Position numbers and translations under genes: made by a program
Shown: positions 22,411 through 32,969 of the stretch, piece by piece
How the letters are laid out: each line of letters begins with the position of its first letter
How positions within the stretch are numbered: position 1 is the first letter of the stretch
Notes under the pieces: model-generated
What the model was told of the DNA's origin: nothing
Seen by the model: only the letters and a program-made list of their open reading frames with translations
The model's database searches: none
Assembly (NCBI GenBank): GCA_007376135.1
Contig: VMFR01000007.1
Coordinates: 24,287 to 88,286 of the forward strand
Source: Parcubacteria group bacterium Gr01-1014_31
Lineage (GTDB): Bacteria > Patescibacteriota > Patescibacteriia > Buchananbacterales > GWA2-38-13
Direction: 5' to 3'
Length of the DNA: 64,000 bases

Positions 22411-22656
22411 ATGCCCAAGGAGCTGCTCAAAATCGGCCAACTGGCGAAATTGACGGGGGTACTGCCCTCGACGATTAACTTTTACACCAACACCGGGTTG
22501 CTCACTGCGGCAGACCGCTCCCAGGGCGGTTACCGCCTCTATCCGGCCACGGCGGTGCAACGGGTGAAGCTCATCCGGCGGCTTCAGGAGTTTCGCCGTT
22601 TGACCATCAGCGAGATCCGCCAGAAGTTGCGCGCGCAGTTGGTACCCCGTTCCTAA
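22411..22656 (+). CDS. Stand-alone MerR-family HTH protein
   Basis: LKIGQLAKLTGVLPSTINFYTNTGLL...SQGGYRLY...LTISEIR. Confidence 0.88.
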   Translation: MPKELLKIGQLAKLTGVLPSTINFYTNTGLLTAADRSQGGYRLYPATAVQRVKLIRRLQEFRRLTISEIRQKLRAQLVPRS

Positions 22657-22667
22657 ACTATCTTGCT

Positions 22668-24998
22668 ATGTTTCGTGGGCGTCGCCGGGCTAAACACAAG
22701 GAATATCGTTCATCGCGTTCCGCGTATGACCGGTACTACCGCGCGGACAGCGCGCGCCGCCGCCGCACGCTGCGCCAGAAGTTTGCCGACATCCCCGTGC
22801 ATACGAAGCGCGGCATCGCGAGCGTCGTCATTTTGGGGGTGAGCCTGTCGCTGTTGCTAGCGTTGCTCGGGCTGGCGGGGCCGGCCAGCGTCTCCCTGAC
22901 CAAGTGGCTGCGGTCGCTCATGGGCGCGATGCGCTGGTTGTTACCCGGCTGCCTGCTGGTGTTGGGGTATCTGTTGGCGCGCCCAGATACTGAGGGTTGG
23001 CTGCCATTACGATGGCTGGGTGCATTCTTGTTGTTCTCCGGGATGAGCGGTATTGCCCATTTGCCGCAGGCCAGCGGTACCTTTGCCGAAGCGAAATTCG
23101 GCCGGGGCGGCGGCATGCTGGGCTATGCGGTTTCACATTGGCTGACGTCGGCGTCCGGGGTTTGGGTATCGCTCGTCGTGCTGCTGGTGGTGGTGACTAT
23201 CGGCGTCTTTTTGTTCTTCAATACCTCGTTTGCCCATCTGGCGGCAGCGATGACCTGGCTGCAGGGAACGTTTGCCGCCTTGCGCCAGCACCTCATCCGT
23301 CGGCGCGTCAAACAGCTGCAGGCCGAGCGGGAACAACCCGCGTTACCCGTGCCCGTTGAAACGTCAAGTATTTTCCACCCGCAGAAGGTTCCCGCGCCGG
23401 AAGCGGCCGACGAGGATGAGGAGAGAGATAATGAAGAGACATTACCGGCGCCGGTCGAGGGCGACGGAGTTCTCGCGGCCGCCGTAAAAAAGCCGCGCCG
23501 CCGGGCTCCGCGCAAGCTTGACTTGCCCTTGTCGCTTTTGACCGGACAGGCGGGGAAACCGACCAGCGGCGACATTAAGGCCAACCAGTATTTGATCGAA
23601 AAGACCCTCAAGAATTTCGGCATCGAAGCGGAAATGGGTGAAGTGAGCGTTGGGCCGACGGTGACGCAGTATACGTTGAAACCCGCCGACGGGGTCAAAC
23701 TGTCAAAGATCGTCAGCTTGTCGGATAACCTGGCGCTGGCGCTGGCCGCGCATCCTATCCGCATTGAAGCTCCGATCCCCGGCCGCTCGCTGGTGGGCAT
23801 CGAAGTTCCCAACCAGACCACAGCCATCGTGCCGCTGCGGCAGGCGCTGGATTCCGACGAGTTCCGCCAGCGCCGGTCCAACCTGATGGTGGCGCTCGGC
23901 ATGGACGTCAAGGGCAAACCGTGGCTGGCGGACCTCTCCCGCATGCCCCACCTGCTGATCGCGGGGGCCACCGGTTCGGGCAAGAGCGTGTGCATCAATA
24001 CCATCATCGTCTCGCTGCTGTACCAAAACAGCCCCGATGACCTGCATTTCGTGATGGTGGACCCCAAGCGCGTGGAATTGCCCATCTACAACGGCATTCC
24101 GCACCTCGTGGCGCCGGTCATCACCGACGTCAAAAAGACCATCAATGCGCTCCATTGGGCGATCCGTGAGATGGAGCACCGGTTCGATACCCTGGCGGCG
24201 GTACATAAGCGCGACATTGCCTCTTACAACGAGACGGCGGAAGAAAAGATGCCCTACATCGTGCTGGTCATCGACGAACTGGCCGACTTGATGGTGGCCG
24301 CCGGCCCTGACATCGAAGGTTCCATCATCCGCCTGGCCCAAATGTCGCGCGCGGTGGGCATTCACCTGGTGATCGCCACGCAGCGGCCATCGGTGGACGT
24401 CATTACCGGGCTGATCAAGGCCAACATTACGACGCGCATCGCCTTTTCGGTAGCGTCGCTGGTGGACTCGCGCACCATCCTGGACATGTCGGGCGCCGAG
24501 AAGCTGCTGGGGCGCGGCGACATGCTGTTCCTATCGGCCGAGATCTCCAAACCCAAGCGGCTGCAGGGCGCCTATGCCGCCGATGGAGAGATCAAGAGGG
24601 TCATTGACCACCTCAAACAGCAGGGTCTGCCGGAGTACGATCCCGAGGTGACGGAGCCGCCGAGCGGCGGGAGCGGTGTCATCTTCGGCGGCGGTCGGAA
24701 CGGCGGCGGGGACGATGATGGCGACAGCATGCTGGAGGCGGCGACCGACGTCATCCTGCGCTACCACAAGGCGTCCGCTTCGATGCTGCAACGCCGGCTG
24801 CGGATCGGGTATTCCCGCGCGGCGCGAATTTTGGACTTACTGCAAGAGCGGGGGGTGGTCGGCCCCGCAGACGGTTCCAAAGCCCGCGAAGTCCTGTTGC
24901 GGAGGGACCCGGGGGATGCTACCATTGCCCATGAAGAGCCATCTGACACCGACGACGTTGCCGAAGACGACGACGCCGCGGATGTCCCACCAGCGTAA
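22668..24998 (+). CDS. ftsK: DNA translocase FtsK/SpoIIIE
   Basis: N-terminal TMs, PHLLIAGATGSGKS, VIDELADLM, ATQRPSVDVITG and gamma domain (SMLQRRLRIGYSRAAR). Confidence 0.96.
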   Translation: MFRGRRRAKHKEYRSSRSAYDRYYRADSARRRRTLRQKFADIPVHTKRGIASVVILGVSLSLLLALLGLAGPASVSLTKWLRSLMGAMRWLLPGCLLVLGYLLARPDTEGWLPLRWLGAFLLFSGMSGIAHLPQASGTFAEAKFGRGGGMLGYAVSHWLTSASGVWVSLVVLLVVVTIGVFLFFNTSFAHLAAAMTWLQGTFAALRQHLIRRRVKQLQAEREQPALPVPVETSSIFHPQKVPAPEAADEDEERDNEETLPAPVEGDGVLAAAVKKPRRRAPRKLDLPLSLLTGQAGKPTSGDIKANQYLIEKTLKNFGIEAEMGEVSVGPTVTQYTLKPADGVKLSKIVSLSDNLALALAAHPIRIEAPIPGRSLVGIEVPNQTTAIVPLRQALDSDEFRQRRSNLMVALGMDVKGKPWLADLSRMPHLLIAGATGSGKSVCINTIIVSLLYQNSPDDLHFVMVDPKRVELPIYNGIPHLVAPVITDVKKTINALHWAIREMEHRFDTLAAVHKRDIASYNETAEEKMPYIVLVIDELADLMVAAGPDIEGSIIRLAQMSRAVGIHLVIATQRPSVDVITGLIKANITTRIAFSVASLVDSRTILDMSGAEKLLGRGDMLFLSAEISKPKRLQGAYAADGEIKRVIDHLKQQGLPEYDPEVTEPPSGGSGVIFGGGRNGGGDDDGDSMLEAATDVILRYHKASASMLQRRLRIGYSRAARILDLLQERGVVGPADGSKAREVLLRRDPGDATIAHEEPSDTDDVAEDDDAADVPPA

Positions 24999-25002
24999 AC
25001 GC

Positions 25003-25689
25003 ATGCGGGAGTTCACTACTCGAACGATTGCCGGTCAGCAGACGCTGGGCGAGCTGTTGGCGCAGCGCCGCGCCGCCATGGCCGTCAGCCTGGCGGAAGC
25101 GGGGCGGCAGCTCAACATCAACCCATCGTACTTGGAAGCGCTGGAAACCGGCGCGCATGGGGGGCTGCCCGGAACCGTGTACGCGGTGGCGTTCTTGAAG
25201 TCGTACGCGCAGCTGCTCAACCTCGACCCCGAAGAGGCCGTCCATCGCTACAAGAGCGAGCTGGCAATCGCCCAGCACGCCCGGGGGGAAAGCACGGAGC
25301 AGTGGCGGCCGGTCGCGCGTGCCGCTTGGTGGCATTTTATGGTGCCCGCCCGATTGCTGCGGACCGCTATGTTGGCGGTGGTCCTGCTATCCGCGCTGAC
25401 CTACCTCGGGTTTAAAGTGGAAGCGATCGTGCAGCCGCCGTTCCTGACGGTCACCAGCCCCGCCGACGAGCTGCTGACCGACTATGCATTGCTGACCGTC
25501 GCCGGTCAGGTCGAAGTTGGCTCGGTCATTACCATTAACGGGCAAGAGGTATTGGCCGACGCGCAAGGGCGATTTTCCACCCCGCTGGACCTGCAAGTCG
25601 GCGTCAATTTGATCAAGATCACCGCCCGCAAGAACCACAGCAAAGAGACGGTCGTGCAGCGGCGGGTAGTGCTGCAGGAGCGGCAGTAA
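25003..25689 (+). CDS. RodZ-like XRE HTH membrane protein with C-terminal Ig-like domain
   Basis: LGELL...YLEALETG...[20 protein letters not shown], one TM, then an Ig-like beta domain; ftsK-rodZ-recA context. Confidence 0.8.
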   Translation: MREFTTRTIAGQQTLGELLAQRRAAMAVSLAEAGRQLNINPSYLEALETGAHGGLPGTVYAVAFLKSYAQLLNLDPEEAVHRYKSELAIAQHARGESTEQWRPVARAAWWHFMVPARLLRTAMLAVVLLSALTYLGFKVEAIVQPPFLTVTSPADELLTDYALLTVAGQVEVGSVITINGQEVLADAQGRFSTPLDLQVGVNLIKITARKNHSKETVVQRRVVLQERQ

Positions 25690-25700
25690 ATTTTTTACGT

Positions 25701-26735
<1,035 letters not shown>

Positions 26736-26823
26736 GAGCGGAAAATATCGTACCCGACCAGCCGGCTTGTCCAGCTGGTTTTTGGCAGGGGACGCCGGTC
26801 TTCGTGGTATACTGGTCCTATCT

Positions 26824-29520
26824 ATGGAGGGGGAAAGAATACCGACGCGGTCATTTTTGCGATTTTTGTCGCTAGGTGCACTGGCGATCGGTTTTTTGGT
26901 CCATCCTCCATTCCCGGCGAGCGGCCAAACCTGCGTGCCGGATTGGTCGTGTACGGTGTGGTCAGTCTGCAGCGAGGGCACGCAAACGCGCACGTGTTCC
27001 GACCTGAACCTGTGCGGCGCGACGCGCGTGCCGCCCGAACAGCAAGCCTGCGTGGTGGGTCCGGAGATTATCACGGATGTCATTCCGACCGGCGGGGACC
27101 TGTCCGGGAACCCGACTCCAGCTCCCGGACAAGCCGCCGGCTGCAGCCCCAGTTGGTACTGCTCCGCTTGGTCGGCCTGCGAGAGTAACGCGCAGACCCG
27201 TACCTGTATTGATGCGAACGAGTGCAATACGACCGCAGGACAACCGGCGCAGTCGCAGTCGTGCGATGCGGCGGCACCCTGTTTTCCAAGTTGGAGCTGC
27301 AGTTCGTGGTCCACTTGCCAGGATAATCTGCAGACCCGTACCTGCGCGGACGCCAATACCTGCGGCAGCGATGATGGCAAGCCGGCGACAGCGCAGGCCT
27401 GCACCGTCGTGCCGGCGGCAACTCCGACTCCGACGCCGACGCCCGCACCGACGCCCACGCCGGCGGAAGTACTACCACCGGTGAACGGGCCGGATACCGT
27501 CGCGCCGGCGATTTCCGCAGTCGCGGTAAGCGGCGTGACGCAGAATCGCGCGGCCGTGACCTGGACGACGAATGAGCCAGCTGACAGTACCGTCCGCTAC
27601 GGCATCGGCCAGACCAATTTGACCGCAGCCGACAGCGCGCCAGTCACGGTGCACGGCATTGTTTTGAATAATCTTTCCGCCGGCGCGACCTATACGGTCG
27701 GGGTGAGCAGCCGCGATGCGGCCGGCAACACGGGCTACGCCGATGCCTTCAGTTTTACCACCCCGGCAGAGCCGTCCGCTAGCGACACGTTCCCGCCGGC
27801 CATTATTGCCGTCAGCATCAGCGCCGTGACGTCCAGCGGGGCGTCGGTGACCTGGCAGACGGATGAAGCGGCTGTGAGCAGCGTCGCCTTCGGGGTAACG
27901 ACCGGGTACGGCAGTAGCGCGACATCGGCGGGCGGCGCGCGGACCACACAACATGGAGCCACCCTGACCCCGTTGTCGGCTGGCACGCTCTACCACCTGC
28001 GGGTCACCGCGATGGATGCGGCCGGCAACATGGCCATCTCGCCCGACCAGACGTTCGCCACGCCGGCTGCTGCGGCGGACGCCGATGGCGACGGGGTGCT
28101 CAATACCGTTGATTCTGACGATGACAATGACGGGGTATCCGATACCCAAGAGGCAGCGGCGGGCACCAACCCGCTGCAACCGGACACCGACGGCGACGGC
28201 ACATCGGACGCCAGTGATCCGTTCCCACTGCTGACCACCGAGAACGGCGACGCCGACGGCGATGGCATCGGTAATGCGGTTGACCCCGACGATGACAACG
28301 ACGGTTTGCTTGATGCTCACGAGCAAGTCCTGGGGACCAATCCTTTGCGGGCGGACACCGACGGCGACGGTACCCCGGACGCCAGCGATCCGACGCCGCG
28401 CAGCGGCGGTGCGGTGACCGGGAGTGCGAGCGATACCGACGGCGAAGGCTTGTTAGACGCGATCGAGCAAATATTAGGAACCAGCGCCGCAAGTGCCGAC
28501 ACCGACGGCGACGGCGTTTCCGACCGCGACGACCCTTTTCCGCGCGACCCGCAGGAAAGCCGTGACACCGACGGCGACGGCCGCGGCGATAATGCCGATA
28601 CCGACGATGACAATGACGGGCTATCGGACGTCCTGGAGCGGCAACTCGGTACTTCGGGGGTAGCGGCCGATTCGGACGGCGACGGCGTTTCCGACCGCGA
28701 CGATCCGTTCCCGACCATAGCGGCGCTTCCGGCGTGGGCGCAGAGCGCGGAAAACGGAGGCAGTACGGTCTCGGGGACCGCGGCGGTGAGCGTTCCGCCG
28801 CGATTTGCCAGATTGGTCCGCAACCAGAAGGGCGAACTGTTCCTTTTACTTCCCAGCGGGATCCGGCGTCCGTTCCGCCGTCCACAGGACGCATCACGGT
28901 TTGGCTTGCGGGCGGACACCGCCGTGCTGGTCGACGATGCCACATTGGCGAAATATCCGCTCGGGGCCGCGATCGGTCCTGACGAGCAGGGGGTACTGGA
29001 GTGGCTTGATACCGACGGTGACACGCTGTCGGATGCGCGCGAATTAGCGCTGGGCACCAAGCCCTGGCAATCGGATACTGATGGGGATACCTTCAGCGAC
29101 GGCGACGAACAGGCCAAGGGGTTTGACCCTCTCTACCCGCCGCAGCACGCGTCGCCGACCCCCGAGCTGGTGGCACGGGCGCGCGGGCGCGTGATTGCCG
29201 GTGTTGATCATCCCCAGCCGTTGTACTACGTCCTTCCCGCGCGCGGGTGGCGCGTGCCGTTGCCGGACGAGGCGACGTTCTGGACGGTGGCGCGTGCGTT
29301 CCATCTCCCCGTGCCGGCAGGCCGGCTGCAGACGCTGCCAGCAACTGCCGCCGATGGGCAGTTGCTCTTGGATGGGCAGGACGGCCGGCTGTACTACCGT
29401 CGTGCGGGCGTAAACCTCCGCCTGCAGCCGGGACAGGTTCTGACGCAACTGCGTACCTCGGCGCTGACCCTGACCGCTGACGAAGTTGCGTTGCTTCCCT
29501 ACCGTTGGGTGGCGCGTTGA
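26824..29520 (+). CDS. Secreted surface protein with 3 TSP1-like Cys repeats, 2 FN3-like domains and many TSP type-3 Ca-binding repeats
   Basis: CxPxWxCxxWSxC...QTRTCxDxNxC x3, WTTNEPADS/WQTDEAA, and DTDGDG..D..DPFP repeats. Confidence 0.82.
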   Translation: MEGERIPTRSFLRFLSLGALAIGFLVHPPFPASGQTCVPDWSCTVWSVCSEGTQTRTCSDLNLCGATRVPPEQQACVVGPEIITDVIPTGGDLSGNPTPAPGQAAGCSPSWYCSAWSACESNAQTRTCIDANECNTTAGQPAQSQSCDAAAPCFPSWSCSSWSTCQDNLQTRTCADANTCGSDDGKPATAQACTVVPAATPTPTPTPAPTPTPAEVLPPVNGPDTVAPAISAVAVSGVTQNRAAVTWTTNEPADSTVRYGIGQTNLTAADSAPVTVHGIVLNNLSAGATYTVGVSSRDAAGNTGYADAFSFTTPAEPSASDTFPPAIIAVSISAVTSSGASVTWQTDEAAVSSVAFGVTTGYGSSATSAGGARTTQHGATLTPLSAGTLYHLRVTAMDAAGNMAISPDQTFATPAAAADADGDGVLNTVDSDDDNDGVSDTQEAAAGTNPLQPDTDGDGTSDASDPFPLLTTENGDADGDGIGNAVDPDDDNDGLLDAHEQVLGTNPLRADTDGDGTPDASDPTPRSGGAVTGSASDTDGEGLLDAIEQILGTSAASADTDGDGVSDRDDPFPRDPQESRDTDGDGRGDNADTDDDNDGLSDVLERQLGTSGVAADSDGDGVSDRDDPFPTIAALPAWAQSAENGGSTVSGTAAVSVPPRFARLVRNQKGELFLLLPSGIRRPFRRPQDASRFGLRADTAVLVDDATLAKYPLGAAIGPDEQGVLEWLDTDGDTLSDARELALGTKPWQSDTDGDTFSDGDEQAKGFDPLYPPQHASPTPELVARARGRVIAGVDHPQPLYYVLPARGWRVPLPDEATFWTVARAFHLPVPAGRLQTLPATAADGQLLLDGQDGRLYYRRAGVNLRLQPGQVLTQLRTSALTLTADEVALLPYRWVAR

Positions 29521-29537
29521 GAGCATTTGTGAACGGC

Positions 29538-29565
29538 AAAAAAAGACCCCGGTGGGGCCTTTTTT
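29538..29565. terminator. Bidirectional terminator between convergent genes
   Basis: A7-GACCCC-GGT-GGGGCC-T6. Confidence 0.65.
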
Positions 29566-29573
29566 ATGTTTAG

Positions 29574-30149
29574 CTACTGGTTGACGCGCTCTACGTACTC
29601 TCCGGTTTGGGTGTTGATACGCACCACGTCACCTTCGTTGATGAATAAGGGTACGGCAACCTCAGCGCCCGTTTCGATGGTGGCGACCTTGGTGACGCGC
29701 CCCTGGGCGGAATCGCCTTTGACGGCTTCGGGTGCGGCGGTGATCTTAAAATCCATCTTCGGCGGCAGGTCAATGCCAACGGCTTTGTCGTTGAACGTCC
29801 GCAGTTCCAGGGGCGTCCCTTCCCGCAGAAAGGGCAGTGCGGCGGCTACATCCTCGCGGGATAAACTTACCTGTTCGAACGTCTCGCCGTCCATAAAATA
29901 GGCTTCCGTGTCGGTGGTGTAGAGGAACGTCGCGTCCTTGCGGCCGACCTCGGCTTCCTCGACGCGGTCGCCCGGTTTGAAGGTGATCTCCAATACCTTG
30001 CCGTTGATCAGGTTGCGCAACTTGGTCTGCATCACGGGTTTGCGCTGCTGCATTCGGACGAAGTTCGCATGCAGCACCACGTAGGGCTCGCTGCCGTAGA
30101 CAATGGCAACGCCTTGTTTGATGTCGTTGAGCGATGAGAGAACGGCCAT
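29574..30149 (-). CDS. efp: Elongation factor P
   Basis: QTKLRNLING, FMDGETFEQ, KGDSAQG and ETGAEVAVPLFINEGD..INTQTGEYVER. Confidence 0.95.
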   Translation of the reverse strand: MAVLSSLNDIKQGVAIVYGSEPYVVLHANFVRMQQRKPVMQTKLRNLINGKVLEITFKPGDRVEEAEVGRKDATFLYTTDTEAYFMDGETFEQVSLSREDVAAALPFLREGTPLELRTFNDKAVGIDLPPKMDFKITAAPEAVKGDSAQGRVTKVATIETGAEVAVPLFINEGDVVRINTQTGEYVERVNQ

Positions 30150-30244
30150 AGAGAGTTTAGTTTGTAGGGAGTAGTTGGGTAGAAGTAGATCGAACGGCCG
30201 GTTCACGTTACCTACTATTGACTACTACCTACTACCTCGTTCAC
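30150..30244. repeat. Inverted heptamer-type repeat (GTAG-rich vs CTAC-rich arms) filling the rpsR-efp spacer
   Basis: tttgtagggagtagttgggtagaagtag ... ctactattgactactacctactacc. Confidence 0.7.
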
Positions 30245-30478
30245 TTAGCGGGTAAGGAACGGGAGGAGCGCGATGATGCGGGCGCGTTTGATGGCCGTCG
30301 CCAGCTTGCGCTGGTGTTTGGTGCAGACCCCCGACTTGCGTCGCGGCACGATCTTCCCGTAGGAGGAAATGTAGCGGCGCAGCGTCATGATGTCCTTGTA
30401 GTCCACGACCGGGATGTTGTGGACGCAGAAGTGGCAATAGCGGTCTTTGGCGAGCGGGTTGTTCTTGGGTCGAATCAT
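30245..30478 (-). CDS. rpsR: 30S ribosomal protein S18
   Basis: CHFC...VDYKD...[31 protein letters not shown]. Confidence 0.97.
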   Translation of the reverse strand: MIRPKNNPLAKDRYCHFCVHNIPVVDYKDIMTLRRYISSYGKIVPRRKSGVCTKHQRKLATAIKRARIIALLPFLTR

Positions 30479-30577
30479 AGAAAGTAGTAGTGCACAGTGC
30501 TCAGTTCCCCGTGCTCAGTGCTTCGGATTTTTCGTTCGATCGGCGGTGCGGAGCACTGGGTACAGTGTACGGAGCAC
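30479..30577. repeat. Inverted heptamer repeat (GTGCTCA-type) filling the ssb-rpsR spacer
   Basis: gtgcaca gtgctca gttcccc gtgctca gtgcttc ... gagcactgggtacagtgtacggagcact. Confidence 0.8.
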
Positions 30578-31024
30578 TTAAAATGGGATATCTTCAACCT
30601 TGATCTCCTCGCTGTCGGCCGCCGGCGCTGCGGGCGCGGCAGGAGCAGGCGTCGGGGCCGGTTGCGATGGCGCACTCGCCGGCTGTCCCGCGTTGGCGCG
30701 GCCATCCAGCATGATCATGCTTTCCGCAACTATTTCGGTGCGGTTGCGGTTGCTTCCGTCCTGCGCCTGCCATTGGCGGGTCTGCAGCCGGCCCTCAATG
30801 TAGATGCGGCTGCCCTTGCGGAGGTACTGGGCGATAGTTTCCCCCAGCTTGCGCCAAGCAACGACGTTATGGAACTCTACCTTCTCCTGTTTTTTTCCCG
30901 TCGTGTCGGTCCACACCAGGTTCGTGGCGACCGAGAACGTGGTGACCGTCGCGCCATTCGGCGTGGTGCGCGTCTCGGGGTCGCGCGTCAGGCGGCCGAT
31001 GATCATCGCTTTGTTGAGGTCCAT
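30578..31024 (-). CDS. ssb: Single-stranded DNA-binding protein
   Basis: LNKAMIIGRLTRDPE...EGRLQTRQW...EDIPF. Confidence 0.97.
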   Translation of the reverse strand: MDLNKAMIIGRLTRDPETRTTPNGATVTTFSVATNLVWTDTTGKKQEKVEFHNVVAWRKLGETIAQYLRKGSRIYIEGRLQTRQWQAQDGSNRNRTEIVAESMIMLDGRANAGQPASAPSQPAPTPAPAAPAAPAADSEEIKVEDIPF

Positions 31025-31109
31025 AGAGAAAGCGTAAAGTGTAAAGCGCAAAGCGAAAAATATATCGGCCGATTGTTTTGCGTTTTTCGCTTTTCGTTTT
31101 GCGTTTATC
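31025..31109. repeat. Inverted heptamer repeat (AAAGCGN-type) filling the rpsF-ssb spacer
   Basis: aaagcgt aaagtgt aaagcgc aaagcga ... ttttgcg tttttcg cttttcg ttttgcg. Confidence 0.85.
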
Positions 31110-31535
31110 TTAGATGATATCCTTGGTCAGTAGTTCGTCGAGCTTGCGGTCCAGGTCGGCAAGTTTGGCCTGCTGCCGGTCCTCTTGTTTGCTCTCTTCG
31201 GTCGCCGCCGCCGTTGGCGCCGTCGGTGCGGGCGCGGCTTTTCGGGTGACCTCGCTGCGCTTGACCAGCAGGTGGCGTACGACATCGTTGTGCAGGCGCA
31301 GATCCTGGTCGAGCGCGCGCACGGTGCCCGCTTCGGCGTCGAAGTGCGACAGCAGGTAGTAGCAGGTCGTTGCCCCCTTGATGGGGTAGGCGAGCCGCTT
31401 TTTGCCGAGGCTATCTTCGAAGGTGACCTTGCCGCCGTGCTTGATCACCAGGTCGCGCACCTGGCCGATGACGCCGCCCAGTTCATCTTCGGCGTACTTG
31501 GTTGGCACGAGGTACATCAGTTCGTATCGGGTCAT
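31110..31535 (-). CDS. rpsF: 30S ribosomal protein S6
   Basis: RYELMYLV...LGKKRLAYPIK...VVRHLLV; rpsF-ssb-rpsR synteny. Confidence 0.95.
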   Translation of the reverse strand: MTRYELMYLVPTKYAEDELGGVIGQVRDLVIKHGGKVTFEDSLGKKRLAYPIKGATTCYYLLSHFDAEAGTVRALDQDLRLHNDVVRHLLVKRSEVTRKAAPAPTAPTAAATEESKQEDRQQAKLADLDRKLDELLTKDII

Positions 31536-31727
31536 AGTGTAAACGATAAACCCGGGGTTTTCCCGGGTACAAAGTCGCCAGCGTCCGTTCCTGGAACGGG
31601 CCGCGGCACCTTTGTCCGGGGGCTTTGCCCTGGGACGAGTCCGAATTTCTCGGACCCATGGGAAAGGTAATGATTCTATTGTAGGATTATGCTAGCAAAT
31701 GATCCGTTGTTCGTCAAGGATACGGCT

Positions 31728-32858
31728 ATGCCCCATCCAGCTACCGTTTTTTTGCTTGGGAGAACCCCCGAGATTGCCGCGGCGGAACTGGCCGCGGTTT
31801 TGCCGCAGGAGGAATTATTTCCTCTGACGCCGCAGGTACTCCGTTGTCCTACCGCCGTACCGGACGCGCCTGCTCTGCTGTCCCGCTTGGGCGGCACGGT
31901 CAAGATCGGCGAAGTCATCGCCAATAAATTCACTCCTGCGGCCGTTGCCGATGCGATCGCGCACCAGCATTCCGGCGGCAAGGCGCTGTTTGCCATCAGC
32001 TGGGTCAATGGGCAGAAGAACGCGGCAACGCTCGCCGCCGGCCTGAACGTCAAAACCCTGCTCAAACAACGCGGCATTAACGCCCGGCTGGTAACCTCGC
32101 GTGCGCCGCAACTGCCGGCCGCAGCCATCAACCGGCACGGCGCGCGGGAATTTACGGTGCTGTCGGACGGGAGCGTCGCGCGCATCATCGCGGCCCAGGA
32201 CGTGGACGACTTCACGCGGCGCGACGTGGGCCGGCCGCATCGCGACGTGAAGTCCGGCACGCTCCCGCCGAAACTCGCGCGGATGATGGTGAACCTCGCG
32301 CAGGTGCCGGCGAACGGAACGCTGCTGGACCCGTTCTGCGGGTCGGGCACGGTGCTCTCCGAAGCGATGCTGTCCGGTGTTGCGTCCGTGCTCGGTTCCG
32401 ACGTTTCCGCAAAAGCGGTCGGCGAAAGCCAGGCAAATCTCCGCTGGCTGCAACAGCAGTACCCGGAAACTGCGGCCGCCCACTGGCAGGTCTTTGTCGC
32501 CGATGTGCGGCAGTTGGAAAAAACGCTGGGTCGCCAGAAAGTCGCAGCGGTCGTTACCGAGCCATTCTTGGGTCCGCCCCGCCGGGGGCGGGAGACTCGC
32601 GCTCAACTGCAGGCCGTGATACAAGAGCTGACCGCGCTGTATACCGATGCGTTCGCACAGTTCGCGAAGGTGGTGGCAGACGGCGGACGGGTCGTATTTG
32701 CCCAACCTTCATTTACCCACGGCGGCGAAGTACTGACGCTGGAGCTGGATGCTGCCGTCACGCAGCTCGGGTTCACCCGGAGTGGCGGACCCTACCCGTA
32801 CCACCGCCCCGATCAGCACGTCCTGCGAAGCATTTCAGTGTGGGAAAAAAATATGTGA
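31728..32858 (+). CDS. SAM-dependent RNA methyltransferase (TRM11/UPF0020-like)
   Basis: GTLPPKLARMMVNLA, LLDPFCGSGT and VTEPFLG motifs. Confidence 0.85.
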   Translation: MPHPATVFLLGRTPEIAAAELAAVLPQEELFPLTPQVLRCPTAVPDAPALLSRLGGTVKIGEVIANKFTPAAVADAIAHQHSGGKALFAISWVNGQKNAATLAAGLNVKTLLKQRGINARLVTSRAPQLPAAAINRHGAREFTVLSDGSVARIIAAQDVDDFTRRDVGRPHRDVKSGTLPPKLARMMVNLAQVPANGTLLDPFCGSGTVLSEAMLSGVASVLGSDVSAKAVGESQANLRWLQQQYPETAAAHWQVFVADVRQLEKTLGRQKVAAVVTEPFLGPPRRGRETRAQLQAVIQELTALYTDAFAQFAKVVADGGRVVFAQPSFTHGGEVLTLELDAAVTQLGFTRSGGPYPYHRPDQHVLRSISVWEKNM

Positions 32859-32969
32859 GTGCCGATGGCAACCCCCCAAGGTTAAATTAAAAGACCCTGC
32901 TCCGACTGCGGTTGCGGTTATCCACCGGCAAGATGTCAATTTCGACACCCCGGTGTATAGTGTGAGCAC

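Noticed and set aside
22201-22413. CRISPR array: the junction GTTGTCCTATCGGGTTATGCCCCGTAGTACAAC resembles GTTGT...ACAAC repeats
   Set aside because: There is only one full repeat plus two halves, the spacers are ~70 nt, there are no cas genes, and the 40.7-kb copy shows the unit is bounded by inward-facing arms.
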